Positions 37,913 through 49,849 of a stretch of 64,000 nucleotides of DNA are shown piece by piece (position 1 is the first letter of the stretch; each line of letters starts with the position of its first letter). The position numbers and the translations under genes are program-made. Location: NCBI GenBank assembly GCA_963796105.1, contig CAWCKJ010000002.1:1-64000 (forward strand). Direction: 5' to 3'. Source of the stretch: a candidate division FCPU426 bacterium (GTDB lineage: Bacteria; Oederibacteriota; Muellerivitia; Muellerivitales; Muellerivitaceae). The notes under the pieces were generated by a model. It saw only the letters and a program-made list of their open reading frames with translations. It was not told the origin of the DNA and ran no database searches.

Positions 37913-40900
37913 TTGTTCAGTTTCTCATGAGTAGAGGGCTGAATTCCCTCCAGGACCAGAAGGTACAGGCCGGAAGAGACCCGATTCCCGTTCTTATTCC
38001 TCGAGTCCCAAACCGCGGCGCCGTGGCTCACGCTTAACTCGTTCACCCATTCCCCGGACAAGTCGTAGATTTTGATTGTACTTTGGCTGTCAGCCGGTAT
38101 GCCAGCGAAAGAAACGGTTATTTGAACGGGTTCATAACTCCGGACCAGGTTGGGCCTGGCCGTAAAGACGAGTTCATGGATAAGGCTGGGGCCGATATAG
38201 GCGTCCCTCGCCAGGGTGACCGTATTTCCACCAGGGGCGTGTTCCACCAGGAGGAAATGATAAAAGCCGTTCGGGACGGGGATTCCATTATCCGCGAAGC
38301 CGTTCCACACGGCGGCCGGCTGGCCGTTCAAGTAGATCGTGATCTGCCCGCCTGTTCCGGAGGGGTTAAGGGTGAAAGGCGACAAACTCATGGTGAAGGA
38401 TGTTCCCTCGGAGAACGGGATATTTCCGCAAAGGGAGGCCACTTTTTCCCCGCGCTCATCGAATATCTGGATGGTTTGGTCCCCGCAAACCGTGGCGCTG
38501 GGGGTCGGGGTGTAGGGAGACGTGAAGGTTGGGGTGGGAGTCACTGTCGGCGTCATAGTTTCGGTCGGGGTGTTAGTGACCGTCGGGGTGTAGGTCAATG
38601 TGGGTGTATTCGAGGGTGTATTGGTGATTGTCGGTGTGTTGGTGTCAGTGGGAGTGAGAGTAGGTGTTAGGGTTGCTGTATAGGTAGAGGTCGGCGTGTC
38701 GGTGGAGGTAAAGGTGTTAGTGGGAGTGTTCGTGATCGTCGGGGTATAGGTCAATGTGGGTGTTGGCGTAGCGGTGAGGGACGCAGTAGGGGTCATCGAA
38801 TCCGTTGGAGTGTTGGTAGGCGTTTCTGAGGGTGAATTCGTAGGTGTGTTGGTAGGAGTGTTCGTTGGGGTATTCGTCGGAGTATCGGTCCATGTGGGTG
38901 TATTCGAGGCTGTATTGGTGATTGTCGGGGTGCTGGTGGCTGTGGGGGAAAGAGTAGGTGTAAGGGTTGCTGTATAGGTTGAGGTCGGCGTGTCGGTGGA
39001 GGTTAAGGTATTAGTGGGAGTGTCCGTGATCGTCGGAGTATAGGTCCATGTGGGTGTATCCGAGGGTGTATTGGTGTTGGTCGGGGTGCTGGTGGCTGTG
39101 GGGGTGAGAGTGGGTGTAAGGGTTGCTGTATTGCTCGGGGTATCGGTAGGCGTATCAGTAGGTGTGTTTGTAGGTGTATTGGTGGGAGTTGGAGTGTAAG
39201 TCGGTGTGGTGGTAGGCGTATTTGTGGGAGTGTTAGTGGGTGTGTTTGTAGGCGTATCTGTTGGAGTATTAGTGGGAGTGTCAGTTGGTGTATTCGTCGG
39301 TGTGTCCGTTGGAGTACATGTGGGCGTGCTGGTAGGAGTGTTAGTTGGTGTGTTAGTCGGAGTATTGGTGGGTGTATCGGTAGGCGTATTGGTGGGAGTT
39401 GGAGTGTAGGTAGGTGTGACGGTAGGTGTATTCGAGGGTGTGTCAGTCGGAGTATTAGTGGGTGTATCCGTTGGAGTGTTCGTAGGGGTATCTGTTGGGG
39501 TATTAGTGGACGTGCCTGTGGGCGTGTCCGTTGGAGTAAAGGTCGGGGTGTTGGTGGGCGTATCCGTTGAGGTGTTGGTCGGAGTGTTAGTGGGTGTATC
39601 CGTTGGAGTATTGGTGGGTGTATTCGTTGGGGTATTAGAAGGTGTATTTGTTGGGGTATTGGTCGGAGTGTCAGTCGGCGTATTAGTGGGAGTGTCAGTT
39701 GGTGTATTCGTCGGTGTGTCCGTTGGAGTACTTGTGGCCGTGCTGGTAGGTGTGTCTGTTGGGGTGTTGGTCGGCGTGTCAGTTGGAGTGTTGGTCGGAG
39801 TATTAGTTGGAGTATTTGTAGGTGTGGCGGTAGGCGTATTCGAGGGTGTGTCAGTCGGAGTATTAGTGGGTGTATCCGTTGGAGTGTTCGTAGGGGTATC
39901 TGTTGGGGTATTAGTGGGTGTGTCTGTGGGTGTATTAGTGGGTGTGTTAGTTGGGGTATCAGTAGGTGTGTTTGAAGGTGTATTGGAGGGAGTTGGAGTG
40001 TAGGACGGTGTGTTGGTTGGGGTGTTCGTGGGTGTGTTAGTCGGAGTATCGGTAGGAGTGTCGGTAGGCGTATTAGTGGGTGTATTCGTTTGAGTATTGG
40101 TTGGGGTGTTAGTAGGAGTGTCAGTTGGGGTATCTGTTGGAGTATTGGTCGGCGTGTCAGTCGGAGTGTTCGTGGGTGTATTGGACGGGGTATTTGTAGG
40201 TGTGTCAGTCGGAGTATTAGTGGGTGTATCTGTTGGCGTGTAAGTAGGTGTGTTGGTAGGGGTGTTAGTCGGAGTATCGGTAGGAGTGTCGGTAGGCGTA
40301 TTAGTGGGTGTATTCGTTTGAGTATTGGTTGGGGTGTTAGTAGGAGTGTCAGTTGGGGTATCTGTTGGAGTATTGGTCGGCGTGTCAGTCGGAGTGTTCG
40401 TGGGTGTATTGGACGGGGTATTTGTAGGTGTGTCAGTCGGAGTATTAGTGGGTGTATCTGTTGGCGTGTAAGTAGGTGTGTTGGTAGGGGTGTTAGTCGG
40501 CGTATCGGTTGGAGTGTCAGTCGGCGTATTAGTGGGTGTGTCTGTGGGTGTATTAGTAGGTGTGTTAGTTGGGGTATCAGTAGGTGTGTTTGAAGGTGTA
40601 TTGGTGGGAGTTGGAGTGTTGGTCGGAGTGTCAGTCGGTGTATTGGTTGGCGTATTAGTGGGTGTATCTGTCGGGGTGTTGGTGGGCGTATCCGTTGGCG
40701 TGTAAGTTGGTGTATTCGTCGGAGTATCGGTAGGCGTATTCGTTGGGGTGTTGGTCGGCGTGTCAGTTGGGGTATTAGTCGGGGTATCAGTAGGTGTGTT
40801 GGTTGGAGTATCAGTTGGTGTATTGGTCGGCGTGTCTGTGGGCGTATTTGTAGGTGTGTCTGTTAGGGTGTTTGTGGGAGTGTCAGTTGGAGTATTAGTG

Positions 40901-43900
40901 GGTGTGTTAGTTGGCGTGTTAGTAGGTGTATTGGTTGAAGTGTTCGTGGGTGTATAAGTCGGCGTGTCGGTAGGCGTATCTGTTGGAGTATTAGTGGGAG
41001 TGTCAGTTGGAGTGTTGGTCGGAGTATTGGTTGGAGTGTTCGTAGGTGTATCAGTTGGGGTATTAGTGGGTGTGTCTGTAGGGGTGTCAGTTGGAGTATT
41101 GGTGGGTGTGTCCGTTGGAGTAAAGGTCGGGGTGCTGGTGGGCGTATCCGTTGGGGTGTTGGTCGGAGTGTTAGTGGGCGTATCAGTTGGAGTATTCGTT
41201 GGCGTATCTGTCGGGGTGTTGGTGGGTGTATTTGTTGGGGTATTGGTTGGGGTATTAGTGGGTGTGTTTGTAGGCGTATCTGTTGGTGTATCGGTTGGAG
41301 TGTTTGTAGGTGTGTTAGTTGGTGTGTCCGTCGGCGTATTCGTGGGAGTGTCAGTGGGTGTATCTGTTGGGGTATCTGTCGGTGTGTCCGTTGGGGTTGG
41401 AGTAGGTGTGTTGGTCGGAGTGTTCGTGGGTGTGTCGGTTGGGGTATCGGTAGGCGTGTCAGTGGGAGTATCGGTGGGAGTATTAGTGGGTGTGTTAGTT
41501 AGCGTGTAAGTTGGTGTATTCGTCGGGGTATTGGTAGGTGTATCTGTTGGCGTGTTCGTTGGTGTGCTGGTGGGAGTTGGAGTGTAGGTCGGTGTGTCAG
41601 TCGGAGTATTAGTGGGTGTATCCGTTGGAGTGTTCGTAGGGGTATCTGTTGGGGTATTAGTGGGTGTATCTGTGGGCGTGTTCGTTGGGGTGTTAGTGGG
41701 TGTGTCAGTTGGGGTATCTGTTGGAGTATTGGTCGGAGTATTTGTAGGCGTGTCAGTTGGGGTATTAGTCGGGGTATCAGTAGGTGTGTTGGTTGGAGTA
41801 TCAGTCGGCGTATTTGTGGGAGTGTTAGTGGGTGTATCCGTTGGAGTATTGGTGGGTGTATTTGTAGGTGTGTTTGTGGGTGTATTGGTCGGAGTATTTG
41901 TAGGCGTGTCAGTTGGGGTATTAGTCGGGGTATCAGTAGGTGTGTTGGTTGGAGTATCAGTCGGCGTATTTGTGGGAGTGTTAGTGGGTGTATCCGTTGG
42001 AGTATTGGTGGGTGTATTTGTTGGTGTGTCTGTAGGGGTGTCGGTTGGAGTATTAGTGGGTGTGTTTGTAGGTGTATTAGTGGGTGTGTCTGTGGGCGTG
42101 TCCGTTGGAGTAAAGGTCGGGGTGCTGGTGGGCGTATCAGTTGGAGTATTGGTGAGTGTATCTGTTGGGGTATTAGAAGGTGTATTTGTTGGGGTATTGG
42201 TTGGGGTATTAGTGGGTGTGTTTGTAGGCGTATCTGTTGGTGTATCGGTTGGAGTGTTTGTAGGTGTGTTAGTTGGTGTGTCCGTCGGCGTATTCGTGGG
42301 AGTGTCAGTGGGTGTATCTGTTGGGGTATTGGTTGCTGTGTAAGAAGGTGTATAGGTCGGGGTATCTGTCGGTGTGTCCGTTGGGGTTGGAGTAGGTGTG
42401 TTGGTCGGAGTGTTCGTGGGTGTGTCGGTTGGGGTATCGGTTGGAGTGTCGGTTAGTGTGTTTGTTGGGGTATCGGTAGGCGTGTCAGTGGGAGTATCGG
42501 TGGGAGTATTAGTGGGTGTGTTAGTTAGCGTGTAAGTTGGTGTATTCGTCGGGGTATTGGTAGGTGTATCCGTTGGCGTGTTCGTTGGTGTGCTGGTGGG
42601 AGTGTTAGTAGGCGTGTTTGTTGGAGTGTTCGTGGGTGTATCGGTTGGAGTATTGGTAGGTGTGTTTGTTGGGGTATTCGTAGGTGTATCGGTAGAAGTG
42701 TACGTCGGGGTGTTGGTGGGCGTGTCGGTAGGCGTGTCAGTCGGAGTGTTAGTGGGCGTATCGGTTGGCGTGTTCGTTGGGGTTGGAGTAGTTGTAGGTG
42801 TGTTGGTCGGAGTATCAGTGGGTGTATTAGTTGGGGTGTTAGAAGGCGTGGGCGTTTTGGTAAGGGTATAGGTTGGAGTGAAAGTCAAAGTAATGATGGG
42901 TGTTTTCGTAGGAGTGTTTGTTTTGGTTGGCGTATTCGTGATGGTGGGTGTGTTCGTAAAAGTGTTAACGGGTGTTAATGCGCAGTCATTCATGTTGAAT
43001 TTGTAAACCAGACCGTTGACGTTATCCGCCGCGAACCAGTTGCCGGCGCTGTCCGCGGCAACACCTTCGCTATCAGAGAAGGTGGAGGAAGTGCCCTGCG
43101 TGGTGATCCCGATCACGCTTCCGCTGGTGGTATAAATGCCCACATCATTAGATCCGTCGGACACGTAAACATAGGAAACGCCGCTGTTCGCGCCCAAGGC
43201 AATGAACTCAATTCCTTGCAAACCGTTGCTGGCATCCAATTGGAAAAGCAGGGAAGTGCCCGGGTTGTTCAACTGATAGACCTGCTGGGTGATGTCATCA
43301 CCCGCGTAAATACCGCTGCTGGCGTCAAAGGCCAAACCCGTAGGACTGCTGAAGGTCACGGGACTGCCGTCGGAGGGTCCGCCGAATTCACCTAAGGAGA
43401 CGCCGGAAGCGTTAAACAACGCGACCCTGTCGTTGCCGTTGTCAGCCACGTACACCGTGGTGCCCGCCGAATTGACCGCGATCCCCCAGGGGCTGTTGAG
43501 AACACTGCTCCCCCATTGAACGTTGCTGGAACCCGTCGTATGGCCTGTGCCATAGCCCCAGCAGACATCCACCTGGTTGTTGTTTGAATCCGTCACGTAA
43601 ACTTTTTCCGAGCCGTCAACGGCGATACCGAATGGGGAACTGCCGCCGTTTGATCCTCCCGGAACCGTCCAGCTGGCCACAGCGGCCCCGGTGGAAACGT
43701 TGAATACGTCGACACTGCTGTTGGCCCCATCCGCCACATAAAGGAGGGTGGCCGCCGAATCCAGGGCGGCGCCCCATGGGTCGGTGTCGTTGGACTGCCA
43801 CAGGCTGAGGCAATCCCACGCGGGCGGAAGGGTGGGGGTCAAAGTAGGGGTGCTGGTGAAGGTTTCAGTGACCGTATCGGTCGGTGTTGAAGTGGAGGTG

Positions 43901-45042
43901 GGGGTGTTAGAAGGCGTGTTCGTGGAAGTGAAGGTGTTTGTGGGGGTGTCAGTATCCGTGGAGGTGAATGTCAGTGTGGGGGTTCCAGTGTTCGTGGGGG
44001 TATTTGAGGGTGATTGAGTTCCGGTTGGGGTATTGGTCGGCGAGAGGGTGATGGTCGGCGTGGGTGTCGAGGTAAGAGTGGGCGTAAGGGTTGGGGTGGG
44101 GGTAAAGGTGGGAGTCAAGGTTTTGGTAGGCGTCAGGGTTGGCGTGGAAGTAAGGGTGGGAGTGGGTGTTCTGGTCGGGGTGGGGGTACAGCCTCCCGGC
44201 AGGATTTCAACCGCCTGGAGGTCCGCCTTCTCGGACCTGCCGAAGGTATATGTCATGTTGTTGGCGCCGAGGGTTGTGGTGAGCTTATCGTCTCCAGCTG
44301 TTGTTTTGTTGTTCTGCTCCTTCCATCTTTGGATTTGGCCGGTCCCGCTGGAGGTGATATTCCTTGAACCGGTGCTGTTGGCCACCATGACCATGCCCGC
44401 GATAATGCTTTGGCTGGTGGTAGTGGTCAAGGTGATGGTATGGGAGGTGCTGGAGGCCTGGTTTACGACTGCGCCGGTGGCGCTGATGGGGCCGTTGGCG
44501 CCGTTTTGCAGGACGTTCTGGTAGCAGACAGCACCAACGTGCAGGACTCGCGCGGTGGCGGGGGTCAGAGTCACTACTACGGAATGGGTGCCTGTGGGTG
44601 GGTTGATCAGGTACCAGGTTTCCAATGAGGTGGCGTTTGTCGCGTCCGCGTCCCTCCGGATTTTGATCAAGGCCGTCCCATTGAAGGTGATGGTGCTTAC
44701 CGAGGAGGTCGCGTTTGCGATGGAGATCTGGACCAGCAGGAGGTTCTCGGCGCCGGTAGTGGGAACAGTGGCGTTGAAGGTCGCGGTGGCAACGGTTCCC
44801 GTATAGGTTGCGGCGGCGCCGAACGCGATGGGGCATTGGGCTGAGGCTGAACGGGGAGATGTTAAACTCAAGAAAACGAAGAATGAATGAAGAATGAACA
44901 ATAAGGTTAACCGGCGGAAAAGGATGGGAAATGGGCGGAAACGGGATAAAGATAATGAACAATTAAAAAATCGGATTGGGACATGAAATACAGCCCCAGT
45001 ATCGAGTGCGGTTTTTTTGAAGTTCGTTGCTAAAAAAATCAT
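37885..45042 (-). CDS. Giant secreted PT-repeat protein (2385 aa): N-domain, NHL propeller, ~1450-aa TPT(N/D) stalk, FlgD-Ig/T9SS-like C-terminal domain
   Basis: Signal ending SASAQ; NHL repeats; TPTN/TPTD tetrapeptide array; C-terminal [27 protein letters not shown]. Confidence 0.9.
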   Translation of the reverse strand: MIFLATNFKKTALDTGAVFHVPIRFFNCSLSLSRFRPFPILFRRLTLLFILHSFFVFLSLTSPRSASAQCPIAFGAAATYTGTVATATFNATVPTTGAENLLLVQISIANATSSVSTITFNGTALIKIRRDADATNATSLETWYLINPPTGTHSVVVTLTPATARVLHVGAVCYQNVLQNGANGPISATGAVVNQASSTSHTITLTTTTSQSIIAGMVMVANSTGSRNITSSGTGQIQRWKEQNNKTTAGDDKLTTTLGANNMTYTFGRSEKADLQAVEILPGGCTPTPTRTPTPTLTSTPTLTPTKTLTPTFTPTPTLTPTLTSTPTPTITLSPTNTPTGTQSPSNTPTNTGTPTLTFTSTDTDTPTNTFTSTNTPSNTPTSTSTPTDTVTETFTSTPTLTPTLPPAWDCLSLWQSNDTDPWGAALDSAATLLYVADGANSSVDVFNVSTGAAVASWTVPGGSNGGSSPFGIAVDGSEKVYVTDSNNNQVDVCWGYGTGHTTGSSNVQWGSSVLNSPWGIAVNSAGTTVYVADNGNDRVALFNASGVSLGEFGGPSDGSPVTFSSPTGLAFDASSGIYAGDDITQQVYQLNNPGTSLLFQLDASNGLQGIEFIALGANSGVSYVYVSDGSNDVGIYTTSGSVIGITTQGTSSTFSDSEGVAADSAGNWFAADNVNGLVYKFNMNDCALTPVNTFTNTPTITNTPTKTNTPTKTPIITLTFTPTYTLTKTPTPSNTPTNTPTDTPTNTPTTTPTPTNTPTDTPTNTPTDTPTDTPTNTPTYTSTDTPTNTPTNTPTNTPTDTPTNTPTNTPTNTPTSTPTNTPTDTPTNTPTNTPTYTLTNTPTNTPTDTPTDTPTDTPTNTLTDTPTDTPTDTPTNTPTNTPTPTPTDTPTDTPTYTPSYTATNTPTDTPTDTPTNTPTDTPTNTPTNTPTDTPTDTPTNTPTNTPTNTPTNTPSNTPTDTLTNTPTDTPTSTPTFTPTDTPTDTPTNTPTNTPTNTPTDTPTDTPTNTPTNTPTDTPTNTPTNTPTDTPTNTPTDTPTNTPTDTPTNTPTNTPTNTPTNTPTNTPTDTPTNTPTNTPTDTPTNTPTDTPTNTPTDTPTNTPTNTPTDTPTDTPTNTPTNTPTDTPTNTPTDTPTNTPTDTPTNTPTDTPTYTPTPTSTPTNTPTDTPTNTPTNTPTYTLTNTPTNTPTDTPTDTPTDTPTDTPTNTPTNTPTPTPTDTPTDTPTDTPTDTPTNTPTDTPTNTPTNTPTDTPTDTPTNTPTNTPTNTPTNTPTNTPTDTPTNTPTDTPTNTPTNTPTDTPTSTPTFTPTDTPTNTPTDTPTDTPTNTPTDTPTNTPTNTPTNTPTDTPTNTPTDTPTDTPTYTPTNTSTNTPTNTPTNTPTNTPTDTPTNTLTDTPTNTPTDTPTNTPTDTPTNTPTDTPTNTPTDTPTNTPTNTPTDTPTNTPTYTPTDTPTNTPTDTPTNTPTNTPTDTPTNTPTPTNTPSNTPTDTPTNTPTNTPTDTPTNTPTDTPTDTPTNTPTNTPTYTPTDTPTNTPTDTPTNTPSNTPTNTPTDTPTNTPTDTPTDTPTNTPTNTQTNTPTNTPTDTPTDTPTNTPTNTPTYTPTDTPTNTPTDTPTNTPSNTPTNTPTDTPTNTPTDTPTDTPTNTPTNTQTNTPTNTPTDTPTDTPTNTPTNTPTNTPSYTPTPSNTPSNTPTDTPTNTPTNTPTDTPTNTPTDTPTNTPTDTPTNTPTDTPSNTPTATPTNTPTNTPTNTPTDTPTNTPTDTPTSTATSTPTDTPTNTPTDTPTNTPTDTPTNTPTNTPSNTPTNTPTNTPTDTPTNTPTNTSTDTPTNTPTFTPTDTPTGTSTNTPTDTPTNTPTDTPTNTPTDTPSNTPTVTPTYTPTPTNTPTDTPTNTPTNTPTNTPTSTPTCTPTDTPTNTPTDTPTNTPTDTPTNTPTNTPTNTPTTTPTYTPTPTNTPTNTPTDTPTDTPSNTATLTPTLTPTATSTPTNTNTPSDTPTWTYTPTITDTPTNTLTSTDTPTSTYTATLTPTLSPTATSTPTITNTASNTPTWTDTPTNTPTNTPTNTPTNSPSETPTNTPTDSMTPTASLTATPTPTLTYTPTITNTPTNTFTSTDTPTSTYTATLTPTLTPTDTNTPTITNTPSNTPTLTYTPTVTNTPTETMTPTVTPTPTFTSPYTPTPSATVCGDQTIQIFDERGEKVASLCGNIPFSEGTSFTMSLSPFTLNPSGTGGQITIYLNGQPAAVWNGFADNGIPVPNGFYHFLLVEHAPGGNTVTLARDAYIGPSLIHELVFTARPNLVRSYEPVQITVSFAGIPADSQSTIKIYDLSGEWVNELSVSHGAAVWDSRNKNGNRVSSGLYLLVLEGIQPSTHEKLNKCIKLMISR
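38500..42960 (-). repeat. 12-bp-period coding tandem repeat (TPTN/TPTD)
   Basis: Synonymously diversified 12-mers; includes an exact 228-bp tandem duplication at about 40034-40500. Confidence 0.95.
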
Positions 45043-45590
45043 CCAGTGACTCCCAAAAGAGACCCTTGTGGCGGTGAATGGGTTAAAAAATTAAATGTAA
45101 TTCTTCCTGGCGCCATGAAAGTGAGGCCCTGATGGCGCTTAGGAATCAGGTGGAACACGGGAAGTTTGTTTAGGATTGGACTGCTTTGGAGGGGGACTAA
45201 CGGACAGGCTAGACCCAACTACAATTAAGATTTTAGGCCTAAAAAGCCCTAAAATCAACGAGTTAAACGGGAAACCAAATAGAACCATTCGGCCCATCTA
45301 TAAGTGACAAAGAGGCTCTTTTAAGGCTGAATTCAAGGGGTTTGCAAGGGTGCGAAACAGAATGCTTTCCAGGGAGTAACGTAAAAAGTTGGGAGTGAAT
45401 AAAAAAGCGGCTGGAAGTTTGATTCACAGCCGCTTCAATAAACCAAAATTTGGAATTCAACCTTCAAAACCCGCCCTGAGTAAAATCGAAGGGTTTGCAT
45501 TCTTTCGCTTTTTCGCGTCAGTGGATGGTTTAGTTTTGATTTTTTTAGTCTTTAACTCCTAATTCCTAACTTCGAATTTCTAATTTTCTC

Positions 45591-48500
45591 TCAGTGTATG
45601 ATCGCTACTTTTCCGCTAAAAACTTTGTTACTTGTTTGAACACTATAAATATAAAGTCCTGCCGCCACAGGCGAGCCTGAAAGATTCTGTAACCCCCATT
45701 TCAGCGTGTTCAAGCCGGGATTGCCTGAGGTCTCGACCGAATAGACTTTCTCGCCCGTAATAGAGAAAAGGGACAACTTGATGGGGGAGGCGTCGGACAG
45801 GGTGATCCGGAATTGGATGGGCGACCCATTCTTGGAAATATTCGGCCAAGCGGCGGCGGAATTAGAAATGGGAAGCGAGGAATTTGGAGTTGAAGAAGCG
45901 GTAGGCGTGCAAAGTCCACGGACAGAGCGCGATTTTGCGTTGCTGATCAGGCTGGTAGTAACCGTATATTCATCCACAATCCAATTACCGCAATCCACCA
46001 CGAACAAATCACCGGCTGGGTCCAGGGTCAGGCAACTCGGGTTACTGAAGCCGTCGATCTCGCCCAGGAATACGCCCTGGTTGGAGGCGTAAACCACTCG
46101 GTTGTTGTCCCAATCGGAGATGTAAAGGTTATTCAGCGGGTCCACCCCGATACTCGCGCTGTACCCGCCCAGCGGCAGATTCCAGCCGTTGCCCGTCCCG
46201 TTGAAAGAATTCACGAGAGCGTAGGAGGGGTTGTACTCGCGAATGGATATGCCGGAATCATTGACGTAAACATCGACATAAAAGTTTCCTCCCGAATCCA
46301 GGGCCACATCCTCCGGGTAATCCGTCGCTCCGGCAGGGATAATCAGGCTGGGGGTGTCATCGGGCCAGGTAATGCGGAAAATCCCCGTGTCATCCGCTAC
46401 CAGGAGGTCCCCCTGGGGATCGATTTTGACACCATTGCACAAATAACAGGTCCCCTGACCGCTCCAGGTATAGTCCGGGGCGGGCGGGACAGAGCCGGAT
46501 ACCAACTGGTAACCCACCACGCCGGTCCCGTACTCTGGCACGTAAAGCTCGCCGTTGGAATCAATGGCCATGCTTCCCACGTAGCCGCCAGAGGTTTGGA
46601 TGTTGTAGAGCCAATTGCCCGAGGCGTCGTACACCGCGATCAGCCCTGCCTGGTTTCCGTCGTTCACCGCGAGGAAACCCCCGCCCGCCGCCGCGCTCCA
46701 GGGGTTCGTGTCCAGGTGGGTCGGGATGAAAGAGCCGGTCAGGCTCCAGTAGCCGGAAGGCGTCTCAAGAACTGTCGGAGTGGATGTGGGAGTGACCGTT
46801 GGGGTTAAAGACAAAGTCGGGGAATAGGTAATGGTATTGGTCAGGGTAGCCGTTGGGTCCAAAGTTGGGGAATTGGTTAAAGTCGGAGTCAGAGTGGGCG
46901 TTGGGTCAGGGGTGGCTGAGTTCGTCGAGGTGTAAGTCAGGATCGGCGTTGGGTCCAAAGTGGGGGTATTGGTTGACGTTGGCGTCAGAGTCGGCGTGGG
47001 GTCAGGGGTGGGGCTGTTAGTCGAGGTGTAAGTCAGCGTCGGCGTCGGGTCCAAGGTCGGAGTATTGGTGGATGTAGGGGTAATCGTCGGCGTCGCTGTG
47101 CTGGTACTGGTATTGGTGTTCGTCGGGGTGCGGGTGGCGGTCGGCAAGGTTCCAGTGGCGGTGGCGGTTGCGGTGGGTGTCCTGGTTGGGGTTCGCGTGC
47201 GGGTCGGGGTCCTTGTGGCCGTGGGTGTCCTGGTTGGTGTTGCGGTGGAAGTCGGCGTTCTCGTGTTGGTAGGTGTGGGCGTCGGGGAATAAGTCGCGGT
47301 CGGCAAAGTGCCGGTGGCGGTGGCTGTCGCGGTGGGAGTGGCGGTGAAAGTCGGGGCCGCGGCGGCCAGGGCGCTCACGAGCGCCGGCTTGGGGCTTCCC
47401 AGGCCCGTGGCCAGGTCATATCCGGCGACAGCCTGGTAAAGGGCGGGATTCGTCGCCCAGTAGTTGTTGGTGCTTCCGTCGGCCACGTCCCGGAAATTGT
47501 TGTAATAGGGCGTAGGGCTGGCGGCCAGTGTGTAAAGGTAGGGGTTGGCGAAACCCACGTTGCCCTTGCCCGCGGAAGCGGACTGCTGGTTGGCCAGGGC
47601 CATCACGCCCGCCCAAAGGGGCGCCGCGGCGCTGGTGCCCCCGGTGCAGTAATCCCCGGCGTGGCTGGTCCCGCCGTAGAAATATCCGGAGAGATTGTCC
47701 GCCACCATGGAAACATCGGGAAGGTTACGGTAGCTGGTGGAGCCGTGGTTCTGGGCGTTGATGAAAGGCACTTGGTAGGTGGGGATCGTCAGGGGAGTCG
47801 GGCCGGAACAGACGCCACCGCCTCCGACCAGGTTGGCCGCTGGCGTACGGGTGGCGGAGGGATGGTCGTTCCAGGTCGTCTCGCTCACGTAGGTGCCCAC
47901 GGGCGTGGGATTTCCACCCGTGCCGGTCCCGGAGGTGGTGAGGGCCGTCCCGCCCACGACCGTCATGAGGGAAGTCTCGTAGATGGGCTGGGGTACGGCG
48001 GTAGCGGGTCCTCCCGCGACATAGGCCCCCAGGTCGCCCACAGCCTGGAAGAAGGCTTGCCCCTGGGCCGCGTATTGGGCGAACACGTTGGCGATGTTGG
48101 TGTCGGTGGCGCCGGTCCAGGTCCAGGAGGAGCTGATCTGCATGGCCTTGTCGTCAGTCGCGATATGGGTGAGTATCTGGACCGGTTGGACCAGGAGCCC
48201 GAAGTTGGCGCAGTTCCTCGGCTGGCTGTTGGGTCCCTCGTAAACCAGGATGGCGGCCTGGGGTGACATGCTCATGACCATGTCGATGTCCAGCACGACC
48301 TCGTCCTCGGCGCAGGTGGTGGGGGTCTGGGCGGTGTAACCGGGCTCCGTCACCGCCGTGATGGAGGGGACGGCGATGCCAGTCTCAGTCGAGTAGCTCG
48401 TGATATCCGAGAGGGTGTAGTTGTCGAACTCGAAAAGAGCGACGGTTTGTCCAGCGCCGGTCTGGGTCACGCCCGGCAGGTAGGCGTTGCGGAAGTCGTT

Positions 48501-49217
48501 GCCGATATAGGTGTTGGAAGTGCCGATACATCCGCTGGGCCCTGTGCCGTTCTGGGGGGCGGCGGTCCCGCCCGAGGGCCTGGGGCCGGACGAGGGGATC
48601 TTGCCGGTGAAGTCGTTATGCCGGTAAACCTCGTCGTTATCCAACCCGCTGATGTGGAGGATCGGTACCCCCAAGTCCACCGAGGGCTCAGTGTCGGGGG
48701 CGTAGAACCGGCCCCCGTCCGGGCGGATGTATTGGTTCAAGCGCACATGGAAGGCCGCCTCGATTTCCTGCGCGGTCCCGCTGAAGGCCACCAGCAGGCG
48801 GTTGGAGTAAGTCTGGGTGATATCAAGGCCATGAGCCTGGAGGAAGGTGAGGATCGCCTGGTAATCTTCCTCGGTTGCGCCGAAACTAACGGCGAACTGG
48901 GCTGGGGTGAGGAATTTCCGGAACTGGGGGCTGGAGGGATCGTACAACTCATTCAGGAGGGTTTGGAGCGCGTCGGCGTTCCGGAGGGGAAGACCGACAG
49001 CCAGGTTCAAGCGCTGGTTTCTTGGCAGGGAACCGGACGGCTTCAAGCTGGACCAGGAGGACTGGAGATGGCCGCTCAAGCGCTGTTGGCCGAGGGATTG
49101 GGCGAACAATGAAGAAGAAAGGAAAATGAACAATGTACAATGAACAATTAACAATGGGCGGAAACGGAGGAAAGAAAGTGGGGGAGGGTTCAATTTTTTA
49201 AGATTCGAGAAACTCAT
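45591..49217 (-). CDS. S53 (sedolisin/kumamolisin) protease with PT linker, NHL-like propeller and FlgD-Ig/T9SS-like CTD
   Basis: Pro-domain (LYDPSSPQFRKFLTPAQF), E-x3-D (EVVLD), GD oxyanion, RNLPDVS, GGTSAAAPLWAG, GYDLATGLGSP. ATG at 49217. Confidence 0.93.
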   Translation of the reverse strand: MSFSNLKKLNPPPLSFLRFRPLLIVHCTLFIFLSSSLFAQSLGQQRLSGHLQSSWSSLKPSGSLPRNQRLNLAVGLPLRNADALQTLLNELYDPSSPQFRKFLTPAQFAVSFGATEEDYQAILTFLQAHGLDITQTYSNRLLVAFSGTAQEIEAAFHVRLNQYIRPDGGRFYAPDTEPSVDLGVPILHISGLDNDEVYRHNDFTGKIPSSGPRPSGGTAAPQNGTGPSGCIGTSNTYIGNDFRNAYLPGVTQTGAGQTVALFEFDNYTLSDITSYSTETGIAVPSITAVTEPGYTAQTPTTCAEDEVVLDIDMVMSMSPQAAILVYEGPNSQPRNCANFGLLVQPVQILTHIATDDKAMQISSSWTWTGATDTNIANVFAQYAAQGQAFFQAVGDLGAYVAGGPATAVPQPIYETSLMTVVGGTALTTSGTGTGGNPTPVGTYVSETTWNDHPSATRTPAANLVGGGGVCSGPTPLTIPTYQVPFINAQNHGSTSYRNLPDVSMVADNLSGYFYGGTSHAGDYCTGGTSAAAPLWAGVMALANQQSASAGKGNVGFANPYLYTLAASPTPYYNNFRDVADGSTNNYWATNPALYQAVAGYDLATGLGSPKPALVSALAAAAPTFTATPTATATATGTLPTATYSPTPTPTNTRTPTSTATPTRTPTATRTPTRTRTPTRTPTATATATGTLPTATRTPTNTNTSTSTATPTITPTSTNTPTLDPTPTLTYTSTNSPTPDPTPTLTPTSTNTPTLDPTPILTYTSTNSATPDPTPTLTPTLTNSPTLDPTATLTNTITYSPTLSLTPTVTPTSTPTVLETPSGYWSLTGSFIPTHLDTNPWSAAAGGGFLAVNDGNQAGLIAVYDASGNWLYNIQTSGGYVGSMAIDSNGELYVPEYGTGVVGYQLVSGSVPPAPDYTWSGQGTCYLCNGVKIDPQGDLLVADDTGIFRITWPDDTPSLIIPAGATDYPEDVALDSGGNFYVDVYVNDSGISIREYNPSYALVNSFNGTGNGWNLPLGGYSASIGVDPLNNLYISDWDNNRVVYASNQGVFLGEIDGFSNPSCLTLDPAGDLFVVDCGNWIVDEYTVTTSLISNAKSRSVRGLCTPTASSTPNSSLPISNSAAAWPNISKNGSPIQFRITLSDASPIKLSLFSITGEKVYSVETSGNPGLNTLKWGLQNLSGSPVAAGLYIYSVQTSNKVFSGKVAIIH

Positions 49218-49465
49218 ATAACCTTTTTCGTTAAGCCGAAACAACGATTGCTCAAATGGCGGGGCTGCGTGTCAGCGCGCCCCTAAACCGGGTACTTTAT
49301 AAAGATAAATGAAATAACAATCAAGACCAAAAAGGCGGAAATTTGGCGGTTTTTCAATGGATATAACAACGAAAACAACGTTGAGTACAGGCCCGAGGAA
49401 CTGGAACAATATTTGAAGTCAGTAACCCATTATGAAATGCCCGCAACCTAGTATTTGTTCCTGGA

Positions 49466-49685
49466 GTCCCGGTTCTCGTGGTTCCAGGCCAGTTCCAGGA
49501 GTTCCAGAGTTCCAGATTCCCGGGTTCCAAGGTTCCAGGCCGGTTCCAGAAGTTCCAGAGTTCCAGGATTCCCGGTTCTCGTGGTTCCAAGCAAGTTCCA
49601 AAGTTCCAAGGTTCCAAGATTCCAGGGTTCCCGTGGTTCCAAGCCAGTTCCAAAGTTCCAAGGTTCCAAGATTCCAGGGTTCCCG
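49466..49685. repeat. Short-unit tandem repeat (GTTCCARR, 8-9 bp)
   Basis: More than 20 degenerate units, with a 52-bp higher-order duplication (49581/49633). Confidence 0.9.
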
Positions 49686-49691
49686 TCGGCA

Positions 49692-49830
49692 GGGAGGATA
49701 AACCGCCCACATTCCTGCCCGCATGGCCGTTAACCTGCCCTCATGAGGAGATAAACTGCCCACATTTCCGTCGGCACGGTCGTTAACCTGCCCTCATTAG
49801 GAGATAACCCGCCCACATTCCTGCCCGCAG
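49692..49830. repeat. 53-bp tandem repeat (about 2.6 copies)
   Basis: GATAAMCYGCCCACATT at 49697, 49750 and 49803; isolated copies at 50066 and 50576. Confidence 0.85.
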
Positions 49831-49849
49831 GTTTTGGGATTTGACGGTT

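Noticed and set aside
38756..44524. Many plus-strand Val/Gly-rich ORFs (VGVSVGV...)
   Set aside because: They are antisense shadows of the TPT(N/D) repeat gene.
45042..45260. c-di-GMP riboswitch upstream of the giant protein
   Set aside because: A hairpin is present (TTCCTGGCGCCAT/ATGGCGCTTAGGAA), but the GEMM consensus is not.
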